The position numbers and the translations under genes were made by a program. DNA of 64,000 nt from the NCBI GenBank assembly GCA_000990585.1, contig LBQD01000001.1:62965-126964 (forward strand), given 5' to 3'. Below are positions 10,237 to 18,951 of the stretch, piece by piece; positions within the stretch are counted from its first letter, which is position 1; each line of letters begins with the position of its first letter. The DNA is from Candidatus Moranbacteria bacterium GW2011_GWE2_35_2-. GTDB lineage: Bacteria; Patescibacteriota; Minisyncoccia; Moranbacterales; UBA9337. The notes beneath the pieces were generated by a model. It did no database searches. It had not been told where the DNA came from and worked only from the letters and a program-made list of their open reading frames with translations.

Positions 10237-10278
10237 TATATCAGACGAATAAGCCTAATATAAGATGTATCTAAATTT

Positions 10279-10818
10279 ATGAGCAGAATAGGAAAAAAAC
10301 CGATTGAAATAGTTTCTGGAGTCGAGGTTAAAGTTGAATCCAATACTGTTTCAGTAAAAGGAGCCAAAGGAAATTTGGAGTTTGTTTTTCGTCCGGAAGT
10401 TTCTGTTAAAGTTGAGGATAATTTGGTCAAGGTTGAGAGAAAGGCCAAATCAAAATTAGGATCTTCTTTATGGGGAACAACCAGTAGGATTATAGCGAGC
10501 ATGATTAAAGGAGTTTCCGAAGGATTTGAAAAAAAATTGGAGCTTAATGGGGTGGGATATCGTATGGAAGTTGCTGGGAAAAAAATAAAATTGGCCTTGG
10601 GATTCTCTCATCCGGTAGAAGTTGAAATTCCGGAGGGGATTAGCGCTTCAATTGAGAAAAATGTTATGATTATTTGCGGGATTGATAAGCAGAAAGTTGG
10701 ACAATTTGCAACTAATATTCGCGCGCTCAAGCCGGTAGAGCCGTATAAAGGAAAAGGTTTTAAATATGTTGGAGAAATTGTCAGACGAAAAGAAGGGAAG
10801 AAAGCATCATCTGATTAA
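10279..10818 (+). CDS. rplF: 50S ribosomal protein L6
   Basis: MSRIGKKPIEI..GV.V......V.VKG.KG.L. Two L6 domains. Confidence 0.93.
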   Translation: MSRIGKKPIEIVSGVEVKVESNTVSVKGAKGNLEFVFRPEVSVKVEDNLVKVERKAKSKLGSSLWGTTSRIIASMIKGVSEGFEKKLELNGVGYRMEVAGKKIKLALGFSHPVEVEIPEGISASIEKNVMIICGIDKQKVGQFATNIRALKPVEPYKGKGFKYVGEIVRRKEGKKASSD

Positions 10819-10856
10819 GCCGTTTAGTTTAGTATCACTATCATATAATTACAATT

Positions 10857-11207
10857 ATGAATAAAAAAAGCATATTAAGATATCAAAGGAGAAAAAAGGT
10901 TCGCGCTAAAATATCCGGGACTGCTAAGAGTCCGCGTCTTTCTGTTTTTAGAAGTTTGCGAGGAGTTTATGTTCAGGCTATTGACGATCAAAATGGAAAA
11001 ACGATAGCGTCTGCTCAATGGAAAGAGGCAGTGGGGAAAGCTAAAAGGAATAATATCGAAAGAGCTAAAGAGGTTGGAAAGTTGATAGCAGAGAAATGCT
11101 TGAAATTGAATGTTTCCAAAGCGGTTTTTGATAGAAATGGATATAAATATCATGGAAAGATTAAGGCTGTGGCTGAAGGTGCCCGCGAGGGAGGATTAAA
11201 GTTTTAA
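10857..11207 (+). CDS. rplR: 50S ribosomal protein L18
   Basis: PRLSVFRSLR..YVQAIDD..G.T... Confidence 0.9.
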   Translation: MNKKSILRYQRRKKVRAKISGTAKSPRLSVFRSLRGVYVQAIDDQNGKTIASAQWKEAVGKAKRNNIERAKEVGKLIAEKCLKLNVSKAVFDRNGYKYHGKIKAVAEGAREGGLKF

Positions 11208-11273
11208 AATTCTTTATGAATTACTAATTAAGTGTTAATATACTAATTACGAATTTTACAATTTTTATAATTT
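11208..11273. repeat. Second copy of the ~35-nt AT-rich element (aattactaatt-N8-atatactaattac) between rplR and rpsE
   Basis: gaattactaattaagtgttaatatactaattacgaatt. Compare 7247-7280: aattactaatttatttacgaatatactaattac. Confidence 0.6.
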
Positions 11274-11786
11274 ATGGATAAAAATAAGGAAAAAAAGGGG
11301 AATAAATTTGGCAGAAAACGAAAGGAAAAGCCCGAATTTGATCAGAAACTATTGGATTTAGCTAGAGTTACTCGTGTGGTTAAAGGTGGGCGCCGTTTTC
11401 GATTCCGAGCCACATTAGTTATCGGAGACCGAAAAGGACGAGTTGGTGTTGGTGTTGCCAAGGGTGCCGATGTTTCTGACGCAATTGGTAAAGCGCTTAA
11501 TGATGCTAAGAAAAAACTTATTACTGTTAATATTGTAAAAGGAACTTTGCCGCATGATGTTTCTTGTAAATTGGGAAGCGCAAAAGTTTTAATAAAACCG
11601 GCGACCAAAGGGCGTGGTATTGTTGCCGGAGGAGCGGTGCGGGCGGTTATGGATTTGGCAGGTGTGCATGATGTCGTTTCAAAGTCTCTCGGAACTTCAA
11701 ATAAGTTGAATGTAGCGCGAGCAACAGTAGCAGCTTTGAAACAGTTGAAAATAACACCATTAAGGAAAATGTCTGCGGAAAAATAA
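11274..11786 (+). CDS. rpsE: 30S ribosomal protein S5
   Basis: ...RVTRVVKGGRRFRFRALVVIGD..G.VG.G..KG.DV..AI.KA.... Confidence 0.93.
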   Translation: MDKNKEKKGNKFGRKRKEKPEFDQKLLDLARVTRVVKGGRRFRFRATLVIGDRKGRVGVGVAKGADVSDAIGKALNDAKKKLITVNIVKGTLPHDVSCKLGSAKVLIKPATKGRGIVAGGAVRAVMDLAGVHDVVSKSLGTSNKLNVARATVAALKQLKITPLRKMSAEK

Positions 11787-11825
11787 TTTTTTATCAAGTA
11801 GTAGGATTTTGTAAAATTCAAAGTT

Positions 11826-12386
11826 ATGCAAATACACGAATTAAAAGTTAAAGCAAAGAAAAGCAGAAAGCGTATTGGACGCGGAGGTAAAAGAGGAACT
11901 TATTCCGGAAAAGGAAATAAGGGGCAGAAGGCGCGATCAGGAGGTAATGTCGATCCTTTGTTTGAAGGAGGAAGATCTTCTTTGGTTGATCGTTTAAAAA
12001 AAGTGCGCGGTTTTAAATCGATTGTTTCGAAAAAATTGGTATTGGGATTGGATGTTTTGGAAAACAAATTTGTCGATGGGGAAACTGTAAATTTAAAAAC
12101 TTTGGTGGCGAAAAAAGTTTTTCGTGAGAGTGAAATAAAAAATGGAGTAAAAATTTTGGGAAATGGAGAAATTACCAAGAAAATTTTAGTAGATGGTGAA
12201 ATTTTAACTTCTGATTCGGCAAAGACGGCTATTATAAAGGCGGGAGGAAAAGTTGCGGGAGAATCAAAACGAGGAAGAGAAAGAATAGCGGATAAGATGA
12301 GAAATATAGAAAAAAAAGCGGAAAAGAAAATTGAGGAAAAAATAGAGAAAAAGCCTAAAAAAAAGACAATAGCAAAAAAGAAATAG
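11826..12386 (+). CDS. rplO: 50S ribosomal protein L15 with a K/E-rich C-terminal tail. No L30 gene lies between rpsE and rplO
   Basis: RKRIGRGGKRGTYSGKGNKGQKARSG... Confidence 0.9.
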   Translation: MQIHELKVKAKKSRKRIGRGGKRGTYSGKGNKGQKARSGGNVDPLFEGGRSSLVDRLKKVRGFKSIVSKKLVLGLDVLENKFVDGETVNLKTLVAKKVFRESEIKNGVKILGNGEITKKILVDGEILTSDSAKTAIIKAGGKVAGESKRGRERIADKMRNIEKKAEKKIEEKIEKKPKKKTIAKKK

Positions 12387-12411
12387 TATAGTTAAAATCA
12401 CTTCATATACA

Positions 12412-12443
12412 AAAATCCTGATCAAAAGTCAGGATTTTTGTTT
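12412..12443 (+). terminator. Rho-independent terminator after rplO
   Basis: AATCCTGA-tcaaaag-TCAGGATT followed by TTTTGTTT. Confidence 0.75.
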
Positions 12444-12470
12444 GACAAATTACTTTTTTAGTTATATGAT
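12442..12470 (+). promoter_or_regulatory. Sigma70-like promoter for typA
   Basis: TTGACA-17nt-TATGAT. Confidence 0.5.
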
Positions 12471-12641
12471 TATCAAGTTATGATTATTCTGCTTTTTATC
12501 GGGCAGTTTTTTATTCGTATTTATCTTATTTAGAAATTACGCGCTTGAAAAATATTCGTTCGGTTTTTTGAAAAAATATTTTTTTGAAAGATTTAATGCT
12601 TTTTATTAAAACGTGTAAATCCTATTATTTATTTAAAAATT

Positions 12642-14423
12642 ATGGAAATTAGAAATATTGCAATTATTGCTCATGTGGATCATGGAAAAACCACCATTAC
12701 CGATGCGATTTTGCGTCAAACCGGAATGGTGAGTGACGAAGGGATTTCGATGGATAGCAATGCCTTGGAGAAAGAAAGAGGGATTACGATTTATTCAAAA
12801 AATACATCCATTTTTTATAAGGACACAAAAATCAATATTGTGGACACGCCGGGACATGCTGATTTTGGAAGTGAAGTGGAACGTGTTTTACGTTCGATTG
12901 ATAGTGTAATTTTGGTAGTAGACGCGCAGGAAGGACCGATGCCGCAAACGCGTTTTGTACTTAAGAAATCTTTAGAACTAGGACTTAAGCCTATTGTAGT
13001 GCTTAATAAAATAGACAAGCCAGCTGCTCAGCCGGAAATTGCCAAGGAGCAAGTTTTTGAATTGTTTTTAGATTTGGGCGCCAGTGATGAACAATTGGAA
13101 TTTACAACTGTATATGCGATTGGGAGAGAAGGAATTGCCAAAATGAATTTAGATGATGATTCAAAGGATTTGATGCCGCTTTTGGATACAATCTTGAAAG
13201 AAGTGGCGCCTGCAAAATCTGATACAACCGTGCCATTTCGAATGCAACCTTTTTCTTTAGGATATGACAATTTTCTTGGGCGCTTGGCAATTGGAAGGGT
13301 ATATGAAGGAAAAGTGAAAAGCGGAGATGTAATAATCAAAAAACCGAATGGAGAGGTTCGTAAAGGGAAAATTATCAAGATTCAAACTTTCAAAGGATTG
13401 GTAAAAGAGGATGTTTCCGAGGCGATTGCCGGTGATATTGTGATGGTGGCGGGACTTCCGGATATTTTTATCGGAGAGACAATTTGTGAAAACGAAGACC
13501 AGCAACCGCTTCCGGCGATCAAAGTTGATGAGCCGACAATTTCTTTGAATTTTATGGTCAATGATTCGCCGTTTGCCGGACGGGAAGGGAAATTTGTTAC
13601 TAATAAACAAATTCGCGAAAGGTTGGAAAAGGAATTGGAAGTTAATGTGGGCTTGCGGATTGATTTTTCTTCTGATTCATATAAGGTTTATGGACGCGGG
13701 GAATTACATATTGCCGTGTTGCTTGAAAATATGAGAAGAGAGGGTTTTGAAATTCAGGTTTCTCAACCGCAAGTTATTATTAAAGAAGAAGATGGAAAAA
13801 AACTTGAACCATTCGAAGAAGTTACTGCGGATGTTCCCGAAGCATTATCAGGATCAGTGATTGAGAAAATAGGAAAAAGACAGGGGATAATGACTGAAAT
13901 GAAGCAGAAAAATGGACAAACACGTTTGGTTTTTGAAGCACCAACGCGCGGAATTTTGGGATATCGAAGTCAGTTTATTGTTGATACGAAAGGCGAGGGA
14001 ATTTTTTCCAGCCGGTTTTTGGAATTTCGTCCGTATGTTGGAGAAATCAAGAAGCGCAATGTTGGTTCAATGATTTCAATGATTGGCGGAAAAGCATTGG
14101 GATTTTCTTTGGCAAATCTTCAAGAGCGTGGAGTTTTGTATATTGGAGCGGGAACTGAAGTGTATGAAGGGATGGTTATTGGTAATGTTTCCAAGGGGGA
14201 AGATATGTCGGTTAATCCAATCAAGGGAAAACAACTTACGAATATGAGAGCCAGCGGTACGGATGATGCAATCCAGCTTGTTCCTCCGACGAAATTGGAT
14301 ATTGAGAAAGGAATGGAATTGATGGCCGAAGATGAATATTTGGAAGTGACTCCGCAAAGTGTTCGTTTGAGAAAACAGTATTTGACCGAGAATGACAGAA
14401 TAAGAGCGAAGAGGAAAAAATAG
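12642..14423 (+). CDS. typA: Translational GTPase TypA/BipA
   Basis: [14 protein letters not shown]...[14 protein letters not shown]...NKIDKP. 593 aa. EF-G-like domain set without an EF-G domain IV. Confidence 0.88.
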   Translation: MEIRNIAIIAHVDHGKTTITDAILRQTGMVSDEGISMDSNALEKERGITIYSKNTSIFYKDTKINIVDTPGHADFGSEVERVLRSIDSVILVVDAQEGPMPQTRFVLKKSLELGLKPIVVLNKIDKPAAQPEIAKEQVFELFLDLGASDEQLEFTTVYAIGREGIAKMNLDDDSKDLMPLLDTILKEVAPAKSDTTVPFRMQPFSLGYDNFLGRLAIGRVYEGKVKSGDVIIKKPNGEVRKGKIIKIQTFKGLVKEDVSEAIAGDIVMVAGLPDIFIGETICENEDQQPLPAIKVDEPTISLNFMVNDSPFAGREGKFVTNKQIRERLEKELEVNVGLRIDFSSDSYKVYGRGELHIAVLLENMRREGFEIQVSQPQVIIKEEDGKKLEPFEEVTADVPEALSGSVIEKIGKRQGIMTEMKQKNGQTRLVFEAPTRGILGYRSQFIVDTKGEGIFSSRFLEFRPYVGEIKKRNVGSMISMIGGKALGFSLANLQERGVLYIGAGTEVYEGMVIGNVSKGEDMSVNPIKGKQLTNMRASGTDDAIQLVPPTKLDIEKGMELMAEDEYLEVTPQSVRLRKQYLTENDRIRAKRKK

Positions 14424-14494
14424 GGTTTGATATTTTTATATAGTAGTAATAGTTCTTTTTTTATTCTTTTCTTTAAAATAAAGGAGGGGGGAGA

Positions 14495-14815
14495 ATGAAG
14501 ATATGCTTTATCTGCAATTCTGATAATAATACAGCTGATGAAGTTGTGTCTGTTGTCAAAAAGTGCGCAGGTGATTTCCCTGAAGCATACTCTGTTGAAG
14601 ATGCGGATGTCATTTTTTATTTTTCTCCCAAGGATATGCGGGATAACTATCCGCCCTTAGTGCGAGGGAGAAAAAGACGTCTTATTCTTATATCTTCATT
14701 GGGAGCTCTGCATTGTCGCTTCAATGGTGGCAGTATAGTGGAAATAAATCTTGGCGATGATGATGCCGAGCAACAAATTGTTGCTTGCATCGAAGAGATG
14801 CAAAATTCCATGTAA
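14495..14815 (+). CDS. Hypothetical 106-aa protein, compositionally GC-richer than its neighbours
   Basis: Very strong SD aaaggagggggga 7 nt upstream. No recognisable motif except an N-terminal CFIC. Confidence 0.5.
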   Translation: MKICFICNSDNNTADEVVSVVKKCAGDFPEAYSVEDADVIFYFSPKDMRDNYPPLVRGRKRRLILISSLGALHCRFNGGSIVEINLGDDDAEQQIVACIEEMQNSM

Positions 14816-14947
14816 TAAGAAGGAGGTGTAAAAAGGGTGTCCATCCAGGCGCCCTTTAATTATATTCCATCGGCTTGAAATAATCTTCTTTTTGGTTTAT
14901 ATTTATATAAGAAACGGGGTGGGTAATTTTGAAATAACAATAAAAAA

Positions 14948-16219
14948 ATGATTGATAAAATAATGCAGGTTTTTCGGGTAAAAGAGCTTCGGAATAAGAT
15001 TTTGTTTATTCTTGGTCTTTTGGTGGTTTTTCGTTTGGCGGCCAATATTCCTCTTCCCGGAGTGGATACGGCTCAATTAAGAAGTTTTTTTGATGCTAAT
15101 CAACTGTTCGGGTTGCTTAATATGTTTTCCGGAGGAGGGCTTTCAAATATTTCCATTGTTCTTTTGGGAGTAGGTCCATATATCACTGCGTCGATTATTA
15201 TGCAACTTCTTACGATGATTGTTCCTCGCCTGGAACAACTTTATAAGGAAGAAGGAGAAGCTGGAAGGCAGAAATTTAATATGTGGACGCGTTGGATTAC
15301 GGTTCCTTTGGCGGCAATGCAAACTTTTGCAATGATTAGTCTTCTTCGCAGTCAGCAGGTTTTAGGCGAATTGTCGTCTTTTGATATGTTTGCAATTGTT
15401 GTGGTGGCGACGGCGGGAACGGTATTTTTAATGTGGCTCGGAGAATTGATAACAGAAAAGGGAATTGGAAACGGAGTGTCGCTTATTATATTTGCCGGAA
15501 TTGTTGCCAGCCTTCCTAGTGCCTTTTCTCGCTTGGCTGCTACTTTCAATAGCGCGGATTTTTTTAGTTATTTACTATTTACAGTAATCGGGTTGGCGAC
15601 TATTGCCGGAGTGGTCTTGGTCAATGAAGGGCAGAGAAATATTCCAATTTCTTATGCTAAGAGAATAAGGGGAAATAAAACATTAGGAGGAACATCCACT
15701 CATTTGCCTCTTCGGGTGAATCAAGCGGGAGTAATTCCGATTATCTTTGCTATTTCGATTATGCTTTTTCCGGGAGTGATTGCCAGCTTTTTTGTTAATT
15801 CCCAATATCAAGTTTTGGCAAATTCTGCTCAATTTGTGAGCCAGCTTTTCCAAAATCAGATTTTCTATGGTGTGGCATATTTTGTAATGGTGGTGTTGTT
15901 TACATATTTTTATACTGCGGTTGTTTTTGATCCGTACAAAATTTCCGATAATTTGCAAAAACAAGGCGGATATATTCCCGGAATCAGGCCAGGAGAATCT
16001 ACAGCATTGTATTTGAATAAAATAATAAACCGCATTACTCTTTCAGGTTCTTTGTTTTTGGGATTAATCGCCGTCTTGCCTTTGGTGGTTCAGGGAATAA
16101 CCAATATTGCGACAATGACAATCGGAGGAACCAGTATTTTGATTGCGGTTTCAGTGGTTATTGAAATGATAAAACAAATTGAAAGCCAAATGGTAATGAG
16201 GGATTACGAAGGATTCTAA
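14948..16219 (+). CDS. secY: Preprotein translocase subunit SecY
   Basis: Ten TM helices. LFILGLLVVFRLAANIPLPGVD... N-terminus. Confidence 0.93.
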   Translation: MIDKIMQVFRVKELRNKILFILGLLVVFRLAANIPLPGVDTAQLRSFFDANQLFGLLNMFSGGGLSNISIVLLGVGPYITASIIMQLLTMIVPRLEQLYKEEGEAGRQKFNMWTRWITVPLAAMQTFAMISLLRSQQVLGELSSFDMFAIVVVATAGTVFLMWLGELITEKGIGNGVSLIIFAGIVASLPSAFSRLAATFNSADFFSYLLFTVIGLATIAGVVLVNEGQRNIPISYAKRIRGNKTLGGTSTHLPLRVNQAGVIPIIFAISIMLFPGVIASFFVNSQYQVLANSAQFVSQLFQNQIFYGVAYFVMVVLFTYFYTAVVFDPYKISDNLQKQGGYIPGIRPGESTALYLNKIINRITLSGSLFLGLIAVLPLVVQGITNIATMTIGGTSILIAVSVVIEMIKQIESQMVMRDYEGF

Positions 16220-16264
16220 AATAATTTTCAATTTTTAATCAATTTATAATGACTAAACTTTAAA

Positions 16265-17035
16265 ATGGCTATTTCGATTAAAAATGAAAAAGAAATTGCG
16301 CTGATGCGGGAAAGCGGACGGCGGCTGGCTCAGATTATGGTTGAATTGGAAAAAAAGGTATGTCCGGGAATATCAACGCTGGAATTAGACAAGCTCGCTG
16401 AGGAGCTTGTTTTGCAAAAAGGAGGCATTCCTGCTTTCAAGGGATATGGGAAAGAAACCGGCAACCCGTTTCCGGCGACTATTTGTGCATCAATTAACAG
16501 TGAGGTTGTGCATGGTATACCATCAAGAAATGTTATTTTAAAAGAAGGCGATATATTGAAAATTGATATTGGAATGGAATATGAGGGATATTTTTCTGAT
16601 ATGGCAAGGAGTTTCGCAGTGGGAAATGTAAGCGCTAGAGCTAAAGAAATAATTGAGATGGTAAAGAACTCTTTTTATAAGGGATTTGAGAATATGAGGG
16701 CGGGAAAAAAAATAGGAGAATATTCTAAGGCAGTGCAAAGATATGTCGAGGCAAGCGGATACTCGGTAATTCGAAATTTGGTCGGGCATGGTATTGGTAA
16801 AAAGTTGCACGAAGATCCTCAGATTCCAAATTATTATGAAAAAAGAATGGGGAATTTAAAATTAGAAGTGGGAATGACATTAGCACTTGAGCCGATGATA
16901 AATGAAGGAGGATACGAAACTGTTCTAGGAAATGATGGATGGGTTTTTCAAACAAAAGACGGGAAACTTAGTGCGCATTGGGAAAATACAATTGTTATTA
17001 CAGAAAGAGGCGCGGAAATTTTGACACAGATTTAA
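16265..17035 (+). CDS. map: Methionine aminopeptidase type I
   Basis: ...DIGMEYEGYFSDMARSF... VGHGIG ... LALEPM. Pita-bread fold metal ligands. Confidence 0.92.
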   Translation: MAISIKNEKEIALMRESGRRLAQIMVELEKKVCPGISTLELDKLAEELVLQKGGIPAFKGYGKETGNPFPATICASINSEVVHGIPSRNVILKEGDILKIDIGMEYEGYFSDMARSFAVGNVSARAKEIIEMVKNSFYKGFENMRAGKKIGEYSKAVQRYVEASGYSVIRNLVGHGIGKKLHEDPQIPNYYEKRMGNLKLEVGMTLALEPMINEGGYETVLGNDGWVFQTKDGKLSAHWENTIVITERGAEILTQI

Positions 17036-17037
17036 CT

Positions 17038-17442
17038 ATGAATCAAGAAAAAAAATATCTGGGAATTGATTGGGGAAAAAGAAAAATTGGATTGGCGATT
17101 GCCGAGGGTGAAACGCGAATTGCTTTCGGGTATGGAAAAATAATAAACGATAGAAATTTGCTGGATAATTTGTTGGAAATAATTCACAAAGAAAATATTA
17201 CGGATGTTGTGATTGGAGTTCCTCAGCATTTTATGCGGCAAGGGGAAATTTTTGAAGGAAAAAAATTAGGAGAAGAAATTAAAAAAAAGTCCGGGTATGA
17301 AGTATATTATCAAAATGAAATGTTTACCACTAAGATGGCAAATGTTAATTTGATTGAGCAGGGAAAAAGAAAAATCAAAAATTTTGATGACAAAGAGGCG
17401 GCTAGAATAATATTACAACAGTGGTTGGATAATTTGAAATAG
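17038..17442 (+). CDS. ruvX: YqgF/RuvX putative pre-16S rRNA nuclease / Holliday junction resolvase-like
   Basis: LGIDWGKRKIGLAIAEGETRIA...DVVIGVPQ...DDKEAARIILQQWL. The ATG at 17038 follows the map stop, and the upstream part of the ORF overlaps map. Confidence 0.85.
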   Translation: MNQEKKYLGIDWGKRKIGLAIAEGETRIAFGYGKIINDRNLLDNLLEIIHKENITDVVIGVPQHFMRQGEIFEGKKLGEEIKKKSGYEVYYQNEMFTTKMANVNLIEQGKRKIKNFDDKEAARIILQQWLDNLK

Positions 17443-17486
17443 AAATAAGGCTCAATATCGGGAAAAATAAAAAACTTTTATTTTTA

Positions 17487-17515
17487 TTGAAAAGTTTATT
17501 ATTTTGTAGTATAAT
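17487..17515 (+). promoter_or_regulatory. Near-consensus sigma70 promoter for the pilin gene
   Basis: TTGAAA-17nt-TATAAT. Confidence 0.6.
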
Positions 17516-17554
17516 TTAATAGAGACGAAGAAGATATAAGTTCTTGAATGAAAA

Positions 17555-18094
17555 ATGAAAAATGAAAAATATTACAAAGGATTTACATTGATTGAACTTT
17601 TAATTACTATTGCAATTATCGGTATTTTATCGAGTGTGATTTTGGTAAGTCTGAATAGCGCTAGGGATAAAGCAAAGAGGACAAATGCTATTTCAATGGC
17701 AAGGAATATTCAAGCGGTATTAGAGATGTGTATGATTAATTATGCAGTTGTCGATGATGATGGAGCGGGAAGTTTTATTGCCGGTTGCGATCCTGACAAT
17801 GGAAGAGCTCTTTGTGATTTTAATCGCATATTAAATGATGGCGTTCCTGATGCAGGACTACCTATTTGTGATAATTTGGAGACGCCATGGGTTTGGCCTG
17901 ATTTTTCCTCAACTGGATATGAATATGTCAATTCTGCTTTTGCGCAGACCGATACGCATTTTTTTTATTTTGAAATTCACAAGCCAGGAGAGGAAACTTC
18001 GATTTGTTGTCATCAGAAAGGTTGTAGCGCTTCGAAATATGTTGTAGATGGAAATTCGTGTTTTTCGAAAATTATAATACCTAAGCCTAGCTAG
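17555..18094 (+). CDS. Type IV pilin/pseudopilin (prepilin-type N-terminal cleavage/methylation domain); Cys-rich C-terminal globular domain
   Basis: MKNEKYYKG^FTLIELLITIAIIGIL is a class III signal peptide. Ten Cys in the C-terminal half. Confidence 0.88.
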   Translation: MKNEKYYKGFTLIELLITIAIIGILSSVILVSLNSARDKAKRTNAISMARNIQAVLEMCMINYAVVDDDGAGSFIAGCDPDNGRALCDFNRILNDGVPDAGLPICDNLETPWVWPDFSSTGYEYVNSAFAQTDTHFFYFEIHKPGEETSICCHQKGCSASKYVVDGNSCFSKIIIPKPS

Positions 18095-18163
18095 TAATTA
18101 ATATAAGTAAGAGCATTTTTTAATTTAAAATAATTTAATTTAATAATTTTTAAAAAAAACAAG

Positions 18164-18913
18164 ATGGAAAATAAACCGTATTTGTCCGTTATTGTTCCTG
18201 CCTATAAGGAGGAAGATAGAATAGGAAGAAATTTATTAGAGATTGAAAAATATCTCAAAGGAAAAAATTTTGAATATGAAATTTTGGTTGTTGTGGATGG
18301 ATCGCCTGATAATACTGCGGAAGTCGCAAGTAATTATTCTCAGCAAATTACCAATTTGAGAGTGATTAATAATCCGGAAAATCATGGAAAGGGTTATGTT
18401 GTGCGTCAAGGGCTTTTGGAAGCGAAGGGAAAATATCGTCTCTTTATGGATGCGGATGGGTCAACTTCAATTACTCATCTTGACAAGTTTTTGCCGGAGT
18501 TTGAAAAAGGATTTGACGTAGTAATTGGTTCAAGAGATATCGAGGGAGCGTTTGTTCAGATTCATCAGCCTAAACACCGGGAAATTATGGGTGATGCCGG
18601 CAATTGGTTAATTAGGATTGTTTTGGGATTGTGGTCATATCCGGATACGCAATGTGGATTTAAAATGCTTAGTGAAAAAGCGTCCCAGGAAGTGGCGAGT
18701 CGAATGGTCGTAGATCGTTTCGGGTTTGATTTTGAATTAATTATATTGGCAAAAAAAATGGGATTCAAAATTAAGCAAATGCCGGTACGTTGGCTTAATG
18801 AAGAAGGTTCGACAGTCGGTTTGACAGGTCCCAATGGTTTTATTCAAGTTTTGATTGATTTGTTTAAAACAAAATTGAGGTTGATTATGGGAAAATATGA
18901 AATTAAAAAATAA
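18164..18913 (+). CDS. GT2 glycosyltransferase, polyprenol-phosphate mannose/glucose synthase-like (DPM1/GtrB catalytic domain, no TM)
   Basis: LSVIVPAYKEEDRI...VVDGSPDNT...MDADGS. Confidence 0.8.
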   Translation: MENKPYLSVIVPAYKEEDRIGRNLLEIEKYLKGKNFEYEILVVVDGSPDNTAEVASNYSQQITNLRVINNPENHGKGYVVRQGLLEAKGKYRLFMDADGSTSITHLDKFLPEFEKGFDVVIGSRDIEGAFVQIHQPKHREIMGDAGNWLIRIVLGLWSYPDTQCGFKMLSEKASQEVASRMVVDRFGFDFELIILAKKMGFKIKQMPVRWLNEEGSTVGLTGPNGFIQVLIDLFKTKLRLIMGKYEIKK

Positions 18914-18951
18914 TTTTTTCCGGTTATTTAACTTTTTTTTTGAAAAGAAAA

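Noticed and set aside
14837-14878. 14-codon GTG micro-ORF after a second AAGGAGG
   Set aside because: It is too short to support. It is reported only as part of the unusual region in the findings.
16978-17037. Upstream extension of ruvX overlapping the map 3' end
   Set aside because: The ATG at 17038 immediately after the map stop gives the canonical YqgF N-terminus. The extension is unconserved and overlaps a conserved gene.
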